A stretch of 64,000 nt of DNA from Gammaproteobacteria bacterium (GTDB lineage: Bacteria; Pseudomonadota; Gammaproteobacteria; GCA-001735895): assembly GCA_041688005.1 (NCBI GenBank), contig JBDNJA010000134.1, positions 79 to 64,078 of the forward strand. Reading direction: 5' to 3'. Positions within the stretch are counted from its first letter, which is position 1. Each line of letters begins with the position of its first letter. Below are positions 38,419-47,791 of this stretch, piece after piece. The position numbers and the translations under genes are program-made. The notes beneath the pieces are model-generated. The model had not been told where the DNA came from. It saw only the letters and a program-made list of their open reading frames with translations, and ran no database searches.

Positions 38419-39387
38419 ATGACTGACAAACCAAAATTGTTTGTAACGCGCCCGCTGCCATCTAGCATTACGGACAAACTTGCCACTGATTTTCAGATGG
38501 CACTTCGCCAGGAAGTAACGGGCCTAAAGCCAGATGAAAAATCGGCAATATTCGACGAATTCGACTGTGTCTTGACGACCTTTGGAGATGTCTTCGATGC
38601 CGCCGATTTCAGATCGGATCAACGCTGCAAATTGCTGGCTAATTACGGCGTTGGATACAGCCATATCGACATTCAGGCTGCGAAGGCGGCTGGTGTCACT
38701 GTCACCAATACACCGGGCGCTGTCACCGACGCGACAGCCGACATTGCGATGATGTTGATGCTGATGGCGGGACGGCGCGCCAGCGAGGGTGAGGCCTGTG
38801 TCCGGGCGGGTGAGTGGACGGGTTGGCATCCAAACCAATATCTGGGCCAGCATATTACCGAGAAAACGCTGGGCGTCATTGGTATGGGCCGGATAGGGCA
38901 AGCAATTGCGGCCCGAGCACATTTTGGGTTTCGTATGAACCTGGTGTTTTTCAATCGATCGCAGGTCACCCATTTAGCCATTCCAAATGCGCAACAATTG
39001 AACACGATATCAGAGGTGATGGCACAATCAGACTTTGTTCAAATCTGTGTTCCAGGGGGCGCTGACACACGGCATTTGATTGGAGCACAAGCACTGGCCG
39101 CGATGCAGCCACATGGCGTAATCATCAACACTTCTCGGGGCGAGGTCATCGATGAACAGGCCCTGATTGATGCCCTGTTAAACAAACGCATTTTCGCCGC
39201 TGGCTTAGATGTATACGAGAACGAACCGATCATACCGAAAGCGCTATGCGCCCTGCCCAATGTCACCTTGTTGCCGCACATGGGAACCTCCGTATTGGAA
39301 GTGAGAGAACTCATGGGGGCGGTGGTTATCGATAGCTTGCAGACTTTCGCCGCAGGAAAGCCTATCCCTCATGTGGTGTCAAATTAA
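38419..39387 (+). CDS. D-isomer-specific 2-hydroxyacid dehydrogenase (glyoxylate/hydroxypyruvate reductase-like)
   Basis: Preferred ATG at 38419 (MTDKPKLFVTRPL). GVIGMGRIGQAIA is the NAD motif; INTSRGEVIDEQAL, AAGLDVYENEP and LLPHMGT are catalytic R/E/H contexts. Confidence 0.85.
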   Translation: MTDKPKLFVTRPLPSSITDKLATDFQMALRQEVTGLKPDEKSAIFDEFDCVLTTFGDVFDAADFRSDQRCKLLANYGVGYSHIDIQAAKAAGVTVTNTPGAVTDATADIAMMLMLMAGRRASEGEACVRAGEWTGWHPNQYLGQHITEKTLGVIGMGRIGQAIAARAHFGFRMNLVFFNRSQVTHLAIPNAQQLNTISEVMAQSDFVQICVPGGADTRHLIGAQALAAMQPHGVIINTSRGEVIDEQALIDALLNKRIFAAGLDVYENEPIIPKALCALPNVTLLPHMGTSVLEVRELMGAVVIDSLQTFAAGKPIPHVVSN

Positions 39388-39681
39388 TCCATTATTGAAT
39401 CATAACCAAAGAATGGAAATAACTTAAGGCCCCTCTAAAAAAGCACTTTTCCTGCGACTGCGGCCTCGTGGTCCTTACTGTTGGTGCAGGATCAAAAACA
39501 GATCACAGGTAAATTACTGTTTTTTAAAAAGGGCTAGAGTAAGTTAAGATAAAGCATTGGAGCTGACCACCAGAAAAAAGCCAGATCAGTCCCTTTTTCC
39601 CTTGTCGGGAGCCCCCGATCTCCCGTTAAAAAGTGAGTAGCGCAGGGAGCCCGAAGGTCTACGATTACGAATTAGTTCCAT

Positions 39682-39704
39682 AAGGTGCATATAATAGCCA
39701 TCTT
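39682..39704. promoter_or_regulatory. NsrR-type operator upstream of nsrR (putative autoregulation)
   Basis: AAGGTGCATATAATAGCCATCTT is an imperfect 11-1-11 palindrome resembling the gammaproteobacterial NsrR consensus AAGATGCATTT-n-AAATGCATCTT. It lies 41-63 nt upstream of the nsrR ATG. Confidence 0.55.
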
Positions 39705-39744
39705 TAGGTATACTTGGTGGCCAATAGTTAAGTAGGCCAGACTA

Positions 39745-40203
39745 ATGCGATTAACAACCTTCACAGATTATTCTCTACGAATACTGATTTACCTGGCAGT
39801 CCGTGATGGCGAGCCTGCGACTATTCGTGAAATCGCCCACGACTATGGCATATCAAAAAATCATCTGATGAAAGTTGTGCCGGAGCTTAGCCAGAAAGGT
39901 TATGTGGCTGCCCTGCGAGGCAAGAACGGTGGCTTGCACCTGAACAGGCCACCTGCAGATATAAGCATCGGTAAACTAGTACGCGAAATGGAAAATGACT
40001 TCGCCTTGGCCGAATGCCTGGGGGAAAATAATCGGTGTATTCTCACGCCAGCCTGTGGGCTTAAGCCTATTCTCTCCAAAGCTTTGCAGAGCTTTTTTAA
40101 TACGTTAGACGCCTACACGCTAGAAGATTTGTTGCCGGAGCAGACGCAAACAAAGCTGGTAAAAATTATCAATTCTCAACACCCAATAACTGAGAGATTT
40201 TAA
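39745..40203 (+). CDS. nsrR: Nitric-oxide-sensing Rrf2-family repressor
   Basis: 152 aa. MRLTTFTDYSLRILIYLA...IREIAHDYGISKNHLMKVV..L...GYV...RGKNGGL and the three-Cys cluster (ECLGENNRCILTPAC) match NsrR. Confidence 0.9.
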   Translation: MRLTTFTDYSLRILIYLAVRDGEPATIREIAHDYGISKNHLMKVVPELSQKGYVAALRGKNGGLHLNRPPADISIGKLVREMENDFALAECLGENNRCILTPACGLKPILSKALQSFFNTLDAYTLEDLLPEQTQTKLVKIINSQHPITERF

Positions 40204-40206
40204 ACA

Positions 40207-40692
40207 ATGCCTTTACATGCGTCTTCACCCCCTACGCCCTCAACAACGTTACCAAAGCCTGCTACCTCGGCCCACCCACAAGTTTATGACAAGAGCACAC
40301 CGGGGCGTGGCTATGTGGTGGTTATTTATGGGCTCTATATGGGCAGCATTATGGCGCTGGTGACCGCTCCGCTGGGTGTGCTAATCGCTCACTTGCGGCG
40401 GGGCCGCGGGGCCGCATGGCTGGATACCCATCTGCTTTTTCAGATTCGCACCTTCTGGCTGGGCATACTGGCGGCTGCGCTGGCATTAATGCTGTGGCAT
40501 GTGCTGGGACTGGCGCAGCTGGCACCAGTGTACGCCTGGTCCTTTGGTTATCTCTTTTTTACCCTGGGCATTATCTGGATGATAGCGCGTTGCGCTGTTG
40601 GTATTCATAGGCTGACGTCTAACCGGGCTATCGATGTACCAAAAAGCTGGCTGTTTGGTGTAAGACTTAGAAAGGAAAAAGGTGACAAATGA
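40207..40692 (+). CDS. Membrane protein of unknown function in the nsrR operon
   Basis: 161 aa with a Pro/Ser/Thr-rich N-terminus followed by ~4 TM segments. Starts 3 nt after nsrR and overlaps norE by 11 nt. No family recognised with confidence. Confidence 0.55.
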   Translation: MPLHASSPPTPSTTLPKPATSAHPQVYDKSTPGRGYVVVIYGLYMGSIMALVTAPLGVLIAHLRRGRGAAWLDTHLLFQIRTFWLGILAAALALMLWHVLGLAQLAPVYAWSFGYLFFTLGIIWMIARCAVGIHRLTSNRAIDVPKSWLFGVRLRKEKGDK

Positions 40693-41284
40693 GCCTGTGG
40701 AAGCACTAGAGCAAGACCCTTCGGAGGCAATAGAGGAAGATAATTGGGGGCCGCTCTCGGCGCTACCAGGTAACCCCTTAATGTGGGTGCTGATATTAAG
40801 CGAGATGCTGGTTTTTTCCGCTTTCTTCATACTTTTCGCCTGGCAACGAGCGGCCGAAGTTGCGCTGTTTGACGCCTCCCAGCAACTGCTGGACCCTGTG
40901 ATCGGCGGCTTCAATACGATGATATTGCTCACCAGTGGCCTGTTTGCCGCGCTGGCGATACAGGCTATCGCCCAAGACCGGTTGTGTCGCTGCCGGCAGT
41001 TGCTGGGCATCACTATGCTGCTGGGCGTAGCCTTCTGCGTGATCAAAGTGTTGGAATACGCCAGTAAACTGAGCGCGGGGCTAACCCCCGAAACCAATAC
41101 CTTCTTCACGTTTTATTATTTGCTAACTGCTTTTCATCTCGCCCATGTCGTTTTTGGGCTGGGCTTGCTGGCGCTAGTTTGCTGGAAAACATCACGGGTG
41201 AATGTTGTAACAGTCACCGCTTTTTGGCACCTGGTCGACCTGATCTGGGTGCTGCTTTATCCATTACTTTATCTGCTGAGGTAG
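40682..41284 (+). CDS. norE: NorE (cytochrome c oxidase subunit III-like accessory protein of NO reductase)
   Basis: 200 aa, 5 TM, with the COX3-like pattern (FFTFYYLLTAFHLAHVVFGL...FWHLVDLIWVLLYPLLYL). Confidence 0.8.
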   Translation: MTNEPVEALEQDPSEAIEEDNWGPLSALPGNPLMWVLILSEMLVFSAFFILFAWQRAAEVALFDASQQLLDPVIGGFNTMILLTSGLFAALAIQAIAQDRLCRCRQLLGITMLLGVAFCVIKVLEYASKLSAGLTPETNTFFTFYYLLTAFHLAHVVFGLGLLALVCWKTSRVNVVTVTAFWHLVDLIWVLLYPLLYLLR

Positions 41285-41286
41285 GC

Positions 41287-41586
41287 ATGAACGATACACT
41301 TCCTGGCAACAGACGCCTGTTAGTCACCTGGCTGCTATTGATGGCCTTAACCTTACTGTCGATGTGGTCAGCACAATTGAGTAGTCATTCAGGGTGGTTG
41401 CCGCTGCCGATTTGGAGCGTCGCTCTGGTGCTTATTAGTGCCGGCTTCAAAGTACAGCAGATATTGATGGTATATCTTAATTTACGGGCTTCCAGCACCG
41501 GCTGGAAAAGTGGCTTTATTTGTTTACTGGTGGCGACGGTGCTGCTGGTGTTTCTCGCTTACCTTGCCGTCGATCTGAGATCGTAG
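41287..41586 (+). CDS. NorF-like small membrane protein (prokaryotic cytochrome oxidase subunit IV-like)
   Basis: Preferred ATG at 41287, 2 nt after the norE stop (the track ORF starts upstream at 41179, inside norE). ~99 aa, 3 TM. Position after norE matches the norEF arrangement. Confidence 0.5.
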   Translation: MNDTLPGNRRLLVTWLLLMALTLLSMWSAQLSSHSGWLPLPIWSVALVLISAGFKVQQILMVYLNLRASSTGWKSGFICLLVATVLLVFLAYLAVDLRS

Positions 41587-41607
41587 CTAAAAGTAGCCGC
41601 AGGCAAA

Positions 41608-41889
41608 CTAGGGGTCGCCCGGCAGGTCGTCGGGGAAATCAAGATCAACCGGCGGCGTATCGGGTTCATTGCGGGCCCAACGCTCTAAAACCTGACCCAT
41701 CCACAGTAACAACCAAACCACAAAAGGTGCAACTAGTAACAGACCTACGCCCCAGTCAAAACTATTGATGGCCAGCGCGAAGGGGGTAACTACTAGTGTA
41801 CATAGGCCGATACCCGCGATCAGGGCAATGGCTTTGCGCAAGGTATTCGGCGGTGATTGTTGAGGGGCTGGGGCTGGCGCTTGCGTCAT
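41608..41889 (-). CDS. Small 2-TM membrane protein, terminal gene of the norCBQD operon
   Basis: 93 aa. Starts 1 nt after the norD stop. Pro/Ala-rich N-terminus, two TM segments, acidic Pro-rich tail. No family recognised. Confidence 0.5.
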   Translation of the reverse strand: MTQAPAPAPQQSPPNTLRKAIALIAGIGLCTLVVTPFALAINSFDWGVGLLLVAPFVVWLLLWMGQVLERWARNEPDTPPVDLDFPDDLPGDP

Positions 41890-41890
41890 A

Positions 41891-43825
41891 TCAGTTAGCT
41901 ATTATCTGCTGGTAGATACTGGGTAAGGCCTGCGCCAAATGTTCCGGTTTATGCACCATGGCATAGCCACCGCGCCCAAACAGATGGCCAATATATTGCT
42001 GTGCTTCTCGGTCAATCGTGATGCCAAAAACTTTCAGCTCCTGCCGCCTGGCCTCCATAATGGCGCGGCGGGTATCCTCAATCGCGTAACGCCCCTCATA
42101 ATAATCACTGTCGTTAGGCTTACCGTCACTGATCACCAGTAATAAACGATGGCGGTTAGGGCGCTGGCTTAACTCGGCAGCAACGTGACGAATAGCGGCA
42201 CCCATGCGGGTGTAGTGGCCGGGTTTGAGCGCGGCAATACGCCGTTCGGTAACCGCACTCATGCTTTCGTCAAAGGTTTTTATGGTGTTAACCCATACTC
42301 GGTGACGCCGGTGGGAGGTAAAGCTATGAATGCTGTAATCGTCACCGCAGCTGGCTAACCCGTGTGCCAGCACCAGTAAAGCCTCTTTCTCGATATCGAT
42401 CACTCGGCGGTCTTCCACCCAGGCATCGGTTGACAGCGACACGTCAATTAAAATGGAGATGGCCAGGTCCCTGGCCTGAGGCCGTGTCGACATATATAGC
42501 CCAGCGCTGTTTTGCCCTGCGGCAATAAAATCACAGTGGGCTCTAACCACAGCATCCATATCCAGCTCATTGCCGTCGACCTGGCCGCGCAACCATTCTC
42601 TACGGGGTCGTAGGGCCTCAAACTGACGCCGTACCCGACGGATGCGGCGACGGGTCTGCGGGTCGATGGTCTCGCTGTCGGCTTCTTCCTCGTGTAAGGC
42701 TGTTAGCACCCGGCAGTGTTGTTGCTGGTAGCTTTGTTTGCGGTAGTGCCATTCGGGGTAGGTGTGCTCGCCCTGTAGTTGATCGCCACCCGCCGCCATT
42801 GGCGACAGGTCCAAATCCATTTTTAGTTGTGAGGCCACTCGTTGCTGATTGGGGCTAAGCGTAATTTCATCCATTTGCTCGGCATTACTCTTGGCGTTTT
42901 TGTCCTCCTCATCGTCGATCATGCGGTTGACGTTGACCATTTCAGCAAAGGACAGAATTTTCTCGAAGCGGTTGAATACCAGTGGGTCATCGCGCTCGGA
43001 TTGGTCCTGACGGCGGCGCTCAGCTTTGCGCTTGTCTTTGGATTGCTCAGTGGCAGCGGGCGGCGGCGCCTGCTCGTCGTCACTATCCTTTGCGCTGGCT
43101 GTGCCCAAGTGGCTGAGATTGGCCCATAGTGGCACGGGTAGCGGCTGCTGGTAATTTTGTGGCGCCCGATACTCGCGCAAGCTGATATCTAGGTCCATAA
43201 CCGCATGGTAATAACGGCTTGCCTCTTCCGATAGAGGTTGTTCGATGGCACCTAACAGATAACAGATCACCGCTTCTATGGCTTCTTCCGCAGGCGGTAA
43301 TGAGCGGGCGGGACGCATCGCCAGCATTTGGCTTTGCAACCGCTGGTAGCGGCCTCGCAGTCCGGGGAAGTCGTTGAGTGTGGCATCACTGGCGGCAACA
43401 ATCTGGCGTAATGCGCTGATGTTTTGGCGCAGCGGATCTTTGAATGCAGTTGCGGGTGTCATGGCTGCCAACATGGCAGCTAACCAGAAATAACAATCTC
43501 GATTGAGGGCCGGATCATTGAATAGTGCAATACGCGGCGGTAGCAGCAGGTTTTCTTCGTCAAGGCGGGCCAGATCGATAATTTCCTGGTCGAAGCCCAG
43601 CCGCTGGCGTAAATTGATGCGGTGTGTCGAAACGCGTGCCGCAATGGACGTTAGGGCGACCCCCGGCGAGCCACCGCCGGCTCGAAAAAACACCGCCAAG
43701 GGACTAGCAATGCTATCCAGGGTGACAGCCGCATCGGGATAATCAGGGTAACTGCGGCTATGCGAGGATGCCCAACGGTGCCACAGTCGGCCAACGTTTT
43801 CCTCAAATTCCAGCCATTCCAACAT
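41891..43825 (-). CDS. norD: NO reductase activation protein NorD (VWA domain)
   Basis: 644 aa with a C-terminal von Willebrand A domain (ILIDVSLSTD MIDAS-type motif, ...LLLVISDGKPND). Follows norQ. Confidence 0.9.
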   Translation of the reverse strand: MLEWLEFEENVGRLWHRWASSHSRSYPDYPDAAVTLDSIASPLAVFFRAGGGSPGVALTSIAARVSTHRINLRQRLGFDQEIIDLARLDEENLLLPPRIALFNDPALNRDCYFWLAAMLAAMTPATAFKDPLRQNISALRQIVAASDATLNDFPGLRGRYQRLQSQMLAMRPARSLPPAEEAIEAVICYLLGAIEQPLSEEASRYYHAVMDLDISLREYRAPQNYQQPLPVPLWANLSHLGTASAKDSDDEQAPPPAATEQSKDKRKAERRRQDQSERDDPLVFNRFEKILSFAEMVNVNRMIDDEEDKNAKSNAEQMDEITLSPNQQRVASQLKMDLDLSPMAAGGDQLQGEHTYPEWHYRKQSYQQQHCRVLTALHEEEADSETIDPQTRRRIRRVRRQFEALRPRREWLRGQVDGNELDMDAVVRAHCDFIAAGQNSAGLYMSTRPQARDLAISILIDVSLSTDAWVEDRRVIDIEKEALLVLAHGLASCGDDYSIHSFTSHRRHRVWVNTIKTFDESMSAVTERRIAALKPGHYTRMGAAIRHVAAELSQRPNRHRLLLVISDGKPNDSDYYEGRYAIEDTRRAIMEARRQELKVFGITIDREAQQYIGHLFGRGGYAMVHKPEHLAQALPSIYQQIIAN

Positions 43826-43839
43826 ATGCCGGGTAACCC

Positions 43840-44658
43840 CTAATCTTCGCCAAAGGTAGCACGCACGGCTTCCATAAGACCTTCTTGCACATCCGCATCG
43901 TCAGTGAGTGGTTCGACCAAAGCAGCCTGTGCCGCCTGGAGTACGGGCATACCATTAGCAATTAGGGTGGCGCAGTAAATTAGCAAGCGTGTTGATACGC
44001 CTTCTTCAAGGTCCTGCCCTTTCATAGCTCGTAGCCGTGCAGCGAGGTTTATCAACGCTGCGCATTGCGGAGCGGGCAAGCCACTCTCTTTGGCGACAAT
44101 ATCGCATTCCAGCTGGGGCGGGGGAAAATCAAAACTCTTGGCGAGGAAACGTTGCCTGGTACTGGGTTTAAGTGATTTGAGTATGTGCTGGTAACCAGGG
44201 TTGTAGGACACCACCAGCATAAAATCATCGGGTGCCTGGAGTAGTTCGCCGGTGCGTTCCAGTGGCAGTAAGCGCCTATCATCTGTTAGCGGATGCAGCA
44301 CCACGGTAACATCCTTGCGAGCCTCGACCACTTCGTCGAGGTAGCAGATGCCGCCCTCACGTACCGCTTGCGTGAGGGGGCCATCAACCCAGCGGGTTTC
44401 ACCTCCTTGCAACAGGTAACGTCCGGTTAGATCCGCTGCGGTTAGATCATCGTGGCATGACACCGTAAACAGCGGCCTTCCCAATTTGGCTGCCATATGG
44501 CTAACGAAGCGGGTCTTGCCACAGCCTGTGGGGCCTTTAAGCAGTAGTGGTAACCGCTGCTGGTAGGCCTGCTCAAACAGCTCACATTCGTTGCCGACCG
44601 CCTCATAATAAGGGATGCCGGGCGCTGTTTCCGCCTTGTTGATAGTCGCGGTGCTCAT
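43840..44658 (-). CDS. norQ: NO reductase chaperone ATPase NorQ (MoxR/CbbQ AAA+)
   Basis: 272 aa with Walker A LLKGPTGCGKTR and Walker B ICYLDEVVEA. CbbQ/NirQ/NorQ family pattern. Confidence 0.9.
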   Translation of the reverse strand: MSTATINKAETAPGIPYYEAVGNECELFEQAYQQRLPLLLKGPTGCGKTRFVSHMAAKLGRPLFTVSCHDDLTAADLTGRYLLQGGETRWVDGPLTQAVREGGICYLDEVVEARKDVTVVLHPLTDDRRLLPLERTGELLQAPDDFMLVVSYNPGYQHILKSLKPSTRQRFLAKSFDFPPPQLECDIVAKESGLPAPQCAALINLAARLRAMKGQDLEEGVSTRLLIYCATLIANGMPVLQAAQAALVEPLTDDADVQEGLMEAVRATFGED

Positions 44659-44704
44659 GTCATGTTCTCCTTCTTCGCCATGCCGGTGAGCGGGCCGTTT
44701 TAGA

Positions 44705-46036
44705 TTAGCTCTCAGCGGTAGCTGAGGCTTGATTTTTCACTGGCCCATAGATGGAAATGAAGAATACTACAGCCGCGACAGCAACCACAACGCCAGCACC
44801 TAAGCGCATAATGTAGAACAGCGTCAGCTGGCTCTGTACTTCCATGAAGTTCATACCCAAAACGCGCTGTAAGTGAGTTTGTACCACACCGGCAAAGGTC
44901 AGTGTAAAGGTCATAAAACACATCCCCGAAGTCATCAACCAAAAGCTCCACATATTGAGAATCTGGCCGTAGGGCTGTACCCGTCGCAATTGCGGCATGG
45001 CGTAGGTTATGAAAGCTAACACCGTCATGACATAGGCACCAAAGAAGGCCAAGTGGCCATGAGCTGCGGTAATCTGAGTGCCGTGGCTGTAGTAATTGAC
45101 GAACGACAGGGTGTGCATAAAGCCCCACACGCCGGCACCGAAAAAGGCCAGGGTTGCGCTACCTAAAGTCCATAGCATGGCGCATTTATTGGGGTGATTA
45201 CGCCGCCCTTTCCAGAACATGAAAAAGGCAAACATAACCATGGCAAAAAACGGTAGCACTTCCAGGGTCGAAAAAATACTCGACAGTGGCTGCCAGTAGG
45301 CCGGTGCGCCTATCCAATAGTAGTGGTGCCCGGTTCCCAGTAACCCCGAAAATAGTGCCAGACCAATAATGACATACAACCACTTCTCGATGACTTCACG
45401 GTCTATGCCGGTCATCTTAATCAAAAGGTACGCCATTAGTGACGCCATGATGAGCTCCCATACACCTTCTACCCACAGGTGTACTACCCACCACCAGTAC
45501 AGTTTGTCGATCGCGAGATTGCTGGGGTTAACAAAGGCGAACAACCAAAATACCGCCGCCAGCCAGAGGCCGAGCATCAACACCATATTGATAGCGGTTT
45601 TGCGTCCTTTCATTAGGGTCATGCTGGTGTTGTAGAGAAACATCAGGAACGACACGGTAATTAGGATTTTGGACCACAGCGGTTGTTCGAGAAACTCCCT
45701 ACCTTCGTGAATACCCAGTTGGTAACTGACCAGTGCGCCAGCGCCAGCGATGGCAAAAATGGCCAGCTGTATGTAGGCGATCATGGGGCTGTGGATTTCT
45801 ACCTCGGCTTCTTCAGGCATCAGGTAATAGGTACAACCCATAAACCCTAAGAGCAGCCAGACTATAAGCAGGTTGGTATGACTCATCCGGATGATATGGA
45901 AAGGCATCGCCTCTGACAAAAACTCGGGCATGACATAGACAGTCGCTGCCATAATCCCAAATACGACCTGCAAGGCGAACAGCGCCATTGCAACCGCAAA
46001 GAACGGATAAGCTACCCGTTGTGTTTCATATTTCAT
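44705..46036 (-). CDS. norB: Nitric oxide reductase large subunit (cNOR NorB)
   Basis: 443 aa, 12 TM, heme-copper-oxidase fold with conserved His ligand contexts (WWVVHLWVEGVWE, GTGHHYYW, AHGHLAFFGAY). Confidence 0.95.
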   Translation of the reverse strand: MKYETQRVAYPFFAVAMALFALQVVFGIMAATVYVMPEFLSEAMPFHIIRMSHTNLLIVWLLLGFMGCTYYLMPEEAEVEIHSPMIAYIQLAIFAIAGAGALVSYQLGIHEGREFLEQPLWSKILITVSFLMFLYNTSMTLMKGRKTAINMVLMLGLWLAAVFWLFAFVNPSNLAIDKLYWWWVVHLWVEGVWELIMASLMAYLLIKMTGIDREVIEKWLYVIIGLALFSGLLGTGHHYYWIGAPAYWQPLSSIFSTLEVLPFFAMVMFAFFMFWKGRRNHPNKCAMLWTLGSATLAFFGAGVWGFMHTLSFVNYYSHGTQITAAHGHLAFFGAYVMTVLAFITYAMPQLRRVQPYGQILNMWSFWLMTSGMCFMTFTLTFAGVVQTHLQRVLGMNFMEVQSQLTLFYIMRLGAGVVVAVAAVVFFISIYGPVKNQASATAES

Positions 46037-46086
46037 TAAAACGATCCTCTTACAATAAACTTGGTGCGTGCATAGTGGCTAAGTCG

Positions 46087-46539
46087 TTAACCTGCTGGGG
46101 TTGGAGGCCAGCCCTGAGTGTCAATAGAATCAGTCCATTCAAAAAAGTGCACAAGAGCGTCCAGCTCCTCTTCGCTGAGATCGAACTTGGGCATGACACG
46201 ACGGCCGGGAATATTCAGTGGTTGTGCGCGAATCCAGCCTTTGAGTCCGGCACGTGCGCCTTCAGCATTTTCGCGACCGCCGTAACGCGTCCACACATTG
46301 CCCAGTTCTGGCGCAAAATAAGCACCTTCTCCCAATATGGTGTGACAGTTAATACAGCTGTTTTCTTCCCACACCTGCTTGCCTAGCTTAACCTGCTCGG
46401 TAAGGCCCTCACTATCCGTGGAGACATTCGCCATATACCAGTGTGTATGCGCAGTTAGCCCTGCAAATAAGAGAAAGAAGAACAGCGACCCGCCGTAAAA
46501 TATATTACGTGCGGCCGATCTCGTGAGCACTTCGGCCAT
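46087..46539 (-). CDS. norC: Nitric oxide reductase cytochrome c subunit
   Basis: 150 aa with an N-terminal TM anchor and the heme c motif CINCHT. Confidence 0.9.
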   Translation of the reverse strand: MAEVLTRSAARNIFYGGSLFFFLLFAGLTAHTHWYMANVSTDSEGLTEQVKLGKQVWEENSCINCHTILGEGAYFAPELGNVWTRYGGRENAEGARAGLKGWIRAQPLNIPGRRVMPKFDLSEEELDALVHFFEWTDSIDTQGWPPTPAG

Positions 46540-46607
46540 CAGATTTCCCCTGATTTTTAATGAGTGTTGACATACTAGCCCTAATTTAGCCGGATAGTAA
46601 ATACCTT

Positions 46608-46630
46608 AAGATGCATATGATATGCATTTA
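46608..46630. promoter_or_regulatory. NsrR operator upstream of norC
   Basis: AAGATGCATATGATATGCATTTA has a left half matching 10/11 positions of the consensus AAGATGCATTT. It lies 69-91 nt upstream of the norC start codon. Confidence 0.7.
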
Positions 46631-47004
46631 TAAGAAGAGCCGCAAGTTTTTTCTGGAATAGACATCAAACCCTAAATCAACAACCCCATAGCAAGCTTTC
46701 TCGTAACCTCGAATTCGCTTCGCGAAAAGGGATATGCAAAAGCTTAAGGTCAAAATCAAAAGACTTTTCGCAGCAAGCTGCGGGGAATTAAACCCTCAGA
46801 GATTAAAGTTGTAAGTGCACCTCTTAGGAATGAACCCTCCACTTCGGTTGGTGTTTGGTAATTTAGAGGGCCTCTAATCCGATTACTAAAATACACTGGG
46901 TCATAAAATACATGTATATCAACGATTTCATGTTTTTTATATTTTCACTTTTATTATGGGCAACACTTTTTGCCGGCTTAGTTATACCAATAGTTTGCAC
47001 GAAA

Positions 47005-47556
47005 TTAGCGCCCCGATTTATTTTTCCAGCTCGCCCAAGGATCGGCGTCGGGGCGATCAGAAGTGCTTGCTGATTCCGACACCTCAGAATCATCTTTCCT
47101 CCTGTGATTACTGTCTCTCTCACTGGAACGCTTGTTTCTTTGAGCGCTAAAGCTCTGGTCCGATCGATGTGCTGCATTCAGATCCCATGCAGCTGATTTT
47201 ACTGCACGTTTTTCACGCAATTGCTCAGCATCCTCAAGGCTTAGTTCGGCAGGTGTACCTGGCGTTTGATCATCTGGAATAATTCGGTTCCTGGGAGGTA
47301 ATAAAAACTGTGCTGACGATGCTTTGGGTAAGTTTTTAAATTCGTACAAATAGAAAGCTTCGACCTTTTCACGCGCCCAATCTGTTTTCTTAAGAAACTT
47401 CACACTAGATTCAATGCTCGGATTAGTCTTAAAACAGTTGATGTTTAAATAGGCAAAGAGAATCTGAAAATCATAGTGATCCACTATTTCGATCAACAAG
47501 CTTTTTAAACCAACGCCATTCAACGGGTTATTCTTGTGATTGATCTCAATGTTCAT
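47005..47556 (-). CDS. VF530/DUF2132-family putative DNA-binding protein with charged C-terminal extension
   Basis: 183 aa. The N-terminal PLNGVGLKSLLIEIVDHYDFQILFAYLNINCFKTNPSIESSVKFLKKTDWAREKVEAFYL resembles the VF530 four-helix domain. The C-terminal ~90 aa are low-complexity and charged. Confidence 0.65.
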   Translation of the reverse strand: MNIEINHKNNPLNGVGLKSLLIEIVDHYDFQILFAYLNINCFKTNPSIESSVKFLKKTDWAREKVEAFYLYEFKNLPKASSAQFLLPPRNRIIPDDQTPGTPAELSLEDAEQLREKRAVKSAAWDLNAAHRSDQSFSAQRNKRSSERDSNHRRKDDSEVSESASTSDRPDADPWASWKNKSGR

Positions 47557-47791
47557 ACTAATGTCCAGTTGGCAGTGTAGATTGCACCATTATCCCGTCT
47601 CGACACAGACAAAGTACAGCGCTGCATTAGCCATAAAAATAGCCAATTAAGTTTTCGATATGAAGCTAGTCAACTCGAGTCTCATTTTATCAACTTCAAT
47701 CATCAGCTTTTCTCCCCCCACAAAAAAAGCGCCTACTCTTACGAGTGACGCTTTTTAATAACGGATTGCCGCTAGAGATACCCGATAATGA

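Noticed and set aside
38524-39005. Long antisense ORFs inside confidently assigned genes. Examples are 38524-38973 and 38673-39005 within the dehydrogenase gene, 13956-14324 within cydA, 32629-33045 within the MFS gene, 42842-43129 and 43503-43742 within norD, 44712-45128 within norB, and 59324-60012 within the flavin oxidoreductase.
   Set aside because: They lie opposite ORFs with strong family signatures and have low-complexity or Arg/Ser/Pro-rich translations with no recognisable motifs. They are most frequent in the GC-rich segments, where stop codons are rare by composition.
39424-46875. Short inverted motif flanking the nor island (ttaaGGCCCCTCTAAAa at 39424-39440 versus tTTAGAGGGCCtctaa at 46862-46877), with similar CTCTAAAAA strings at ~55794 and ~25346. 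Considered as island terminal repeats or att sites.
   Set aside because: The shared core is only ~10-12 nt. By a rough calculation, identical 12-mers are expected on the order of a hundred times among all position pairs in 64 kb, so this is not distinguishable from chance without genome-wide statistics.
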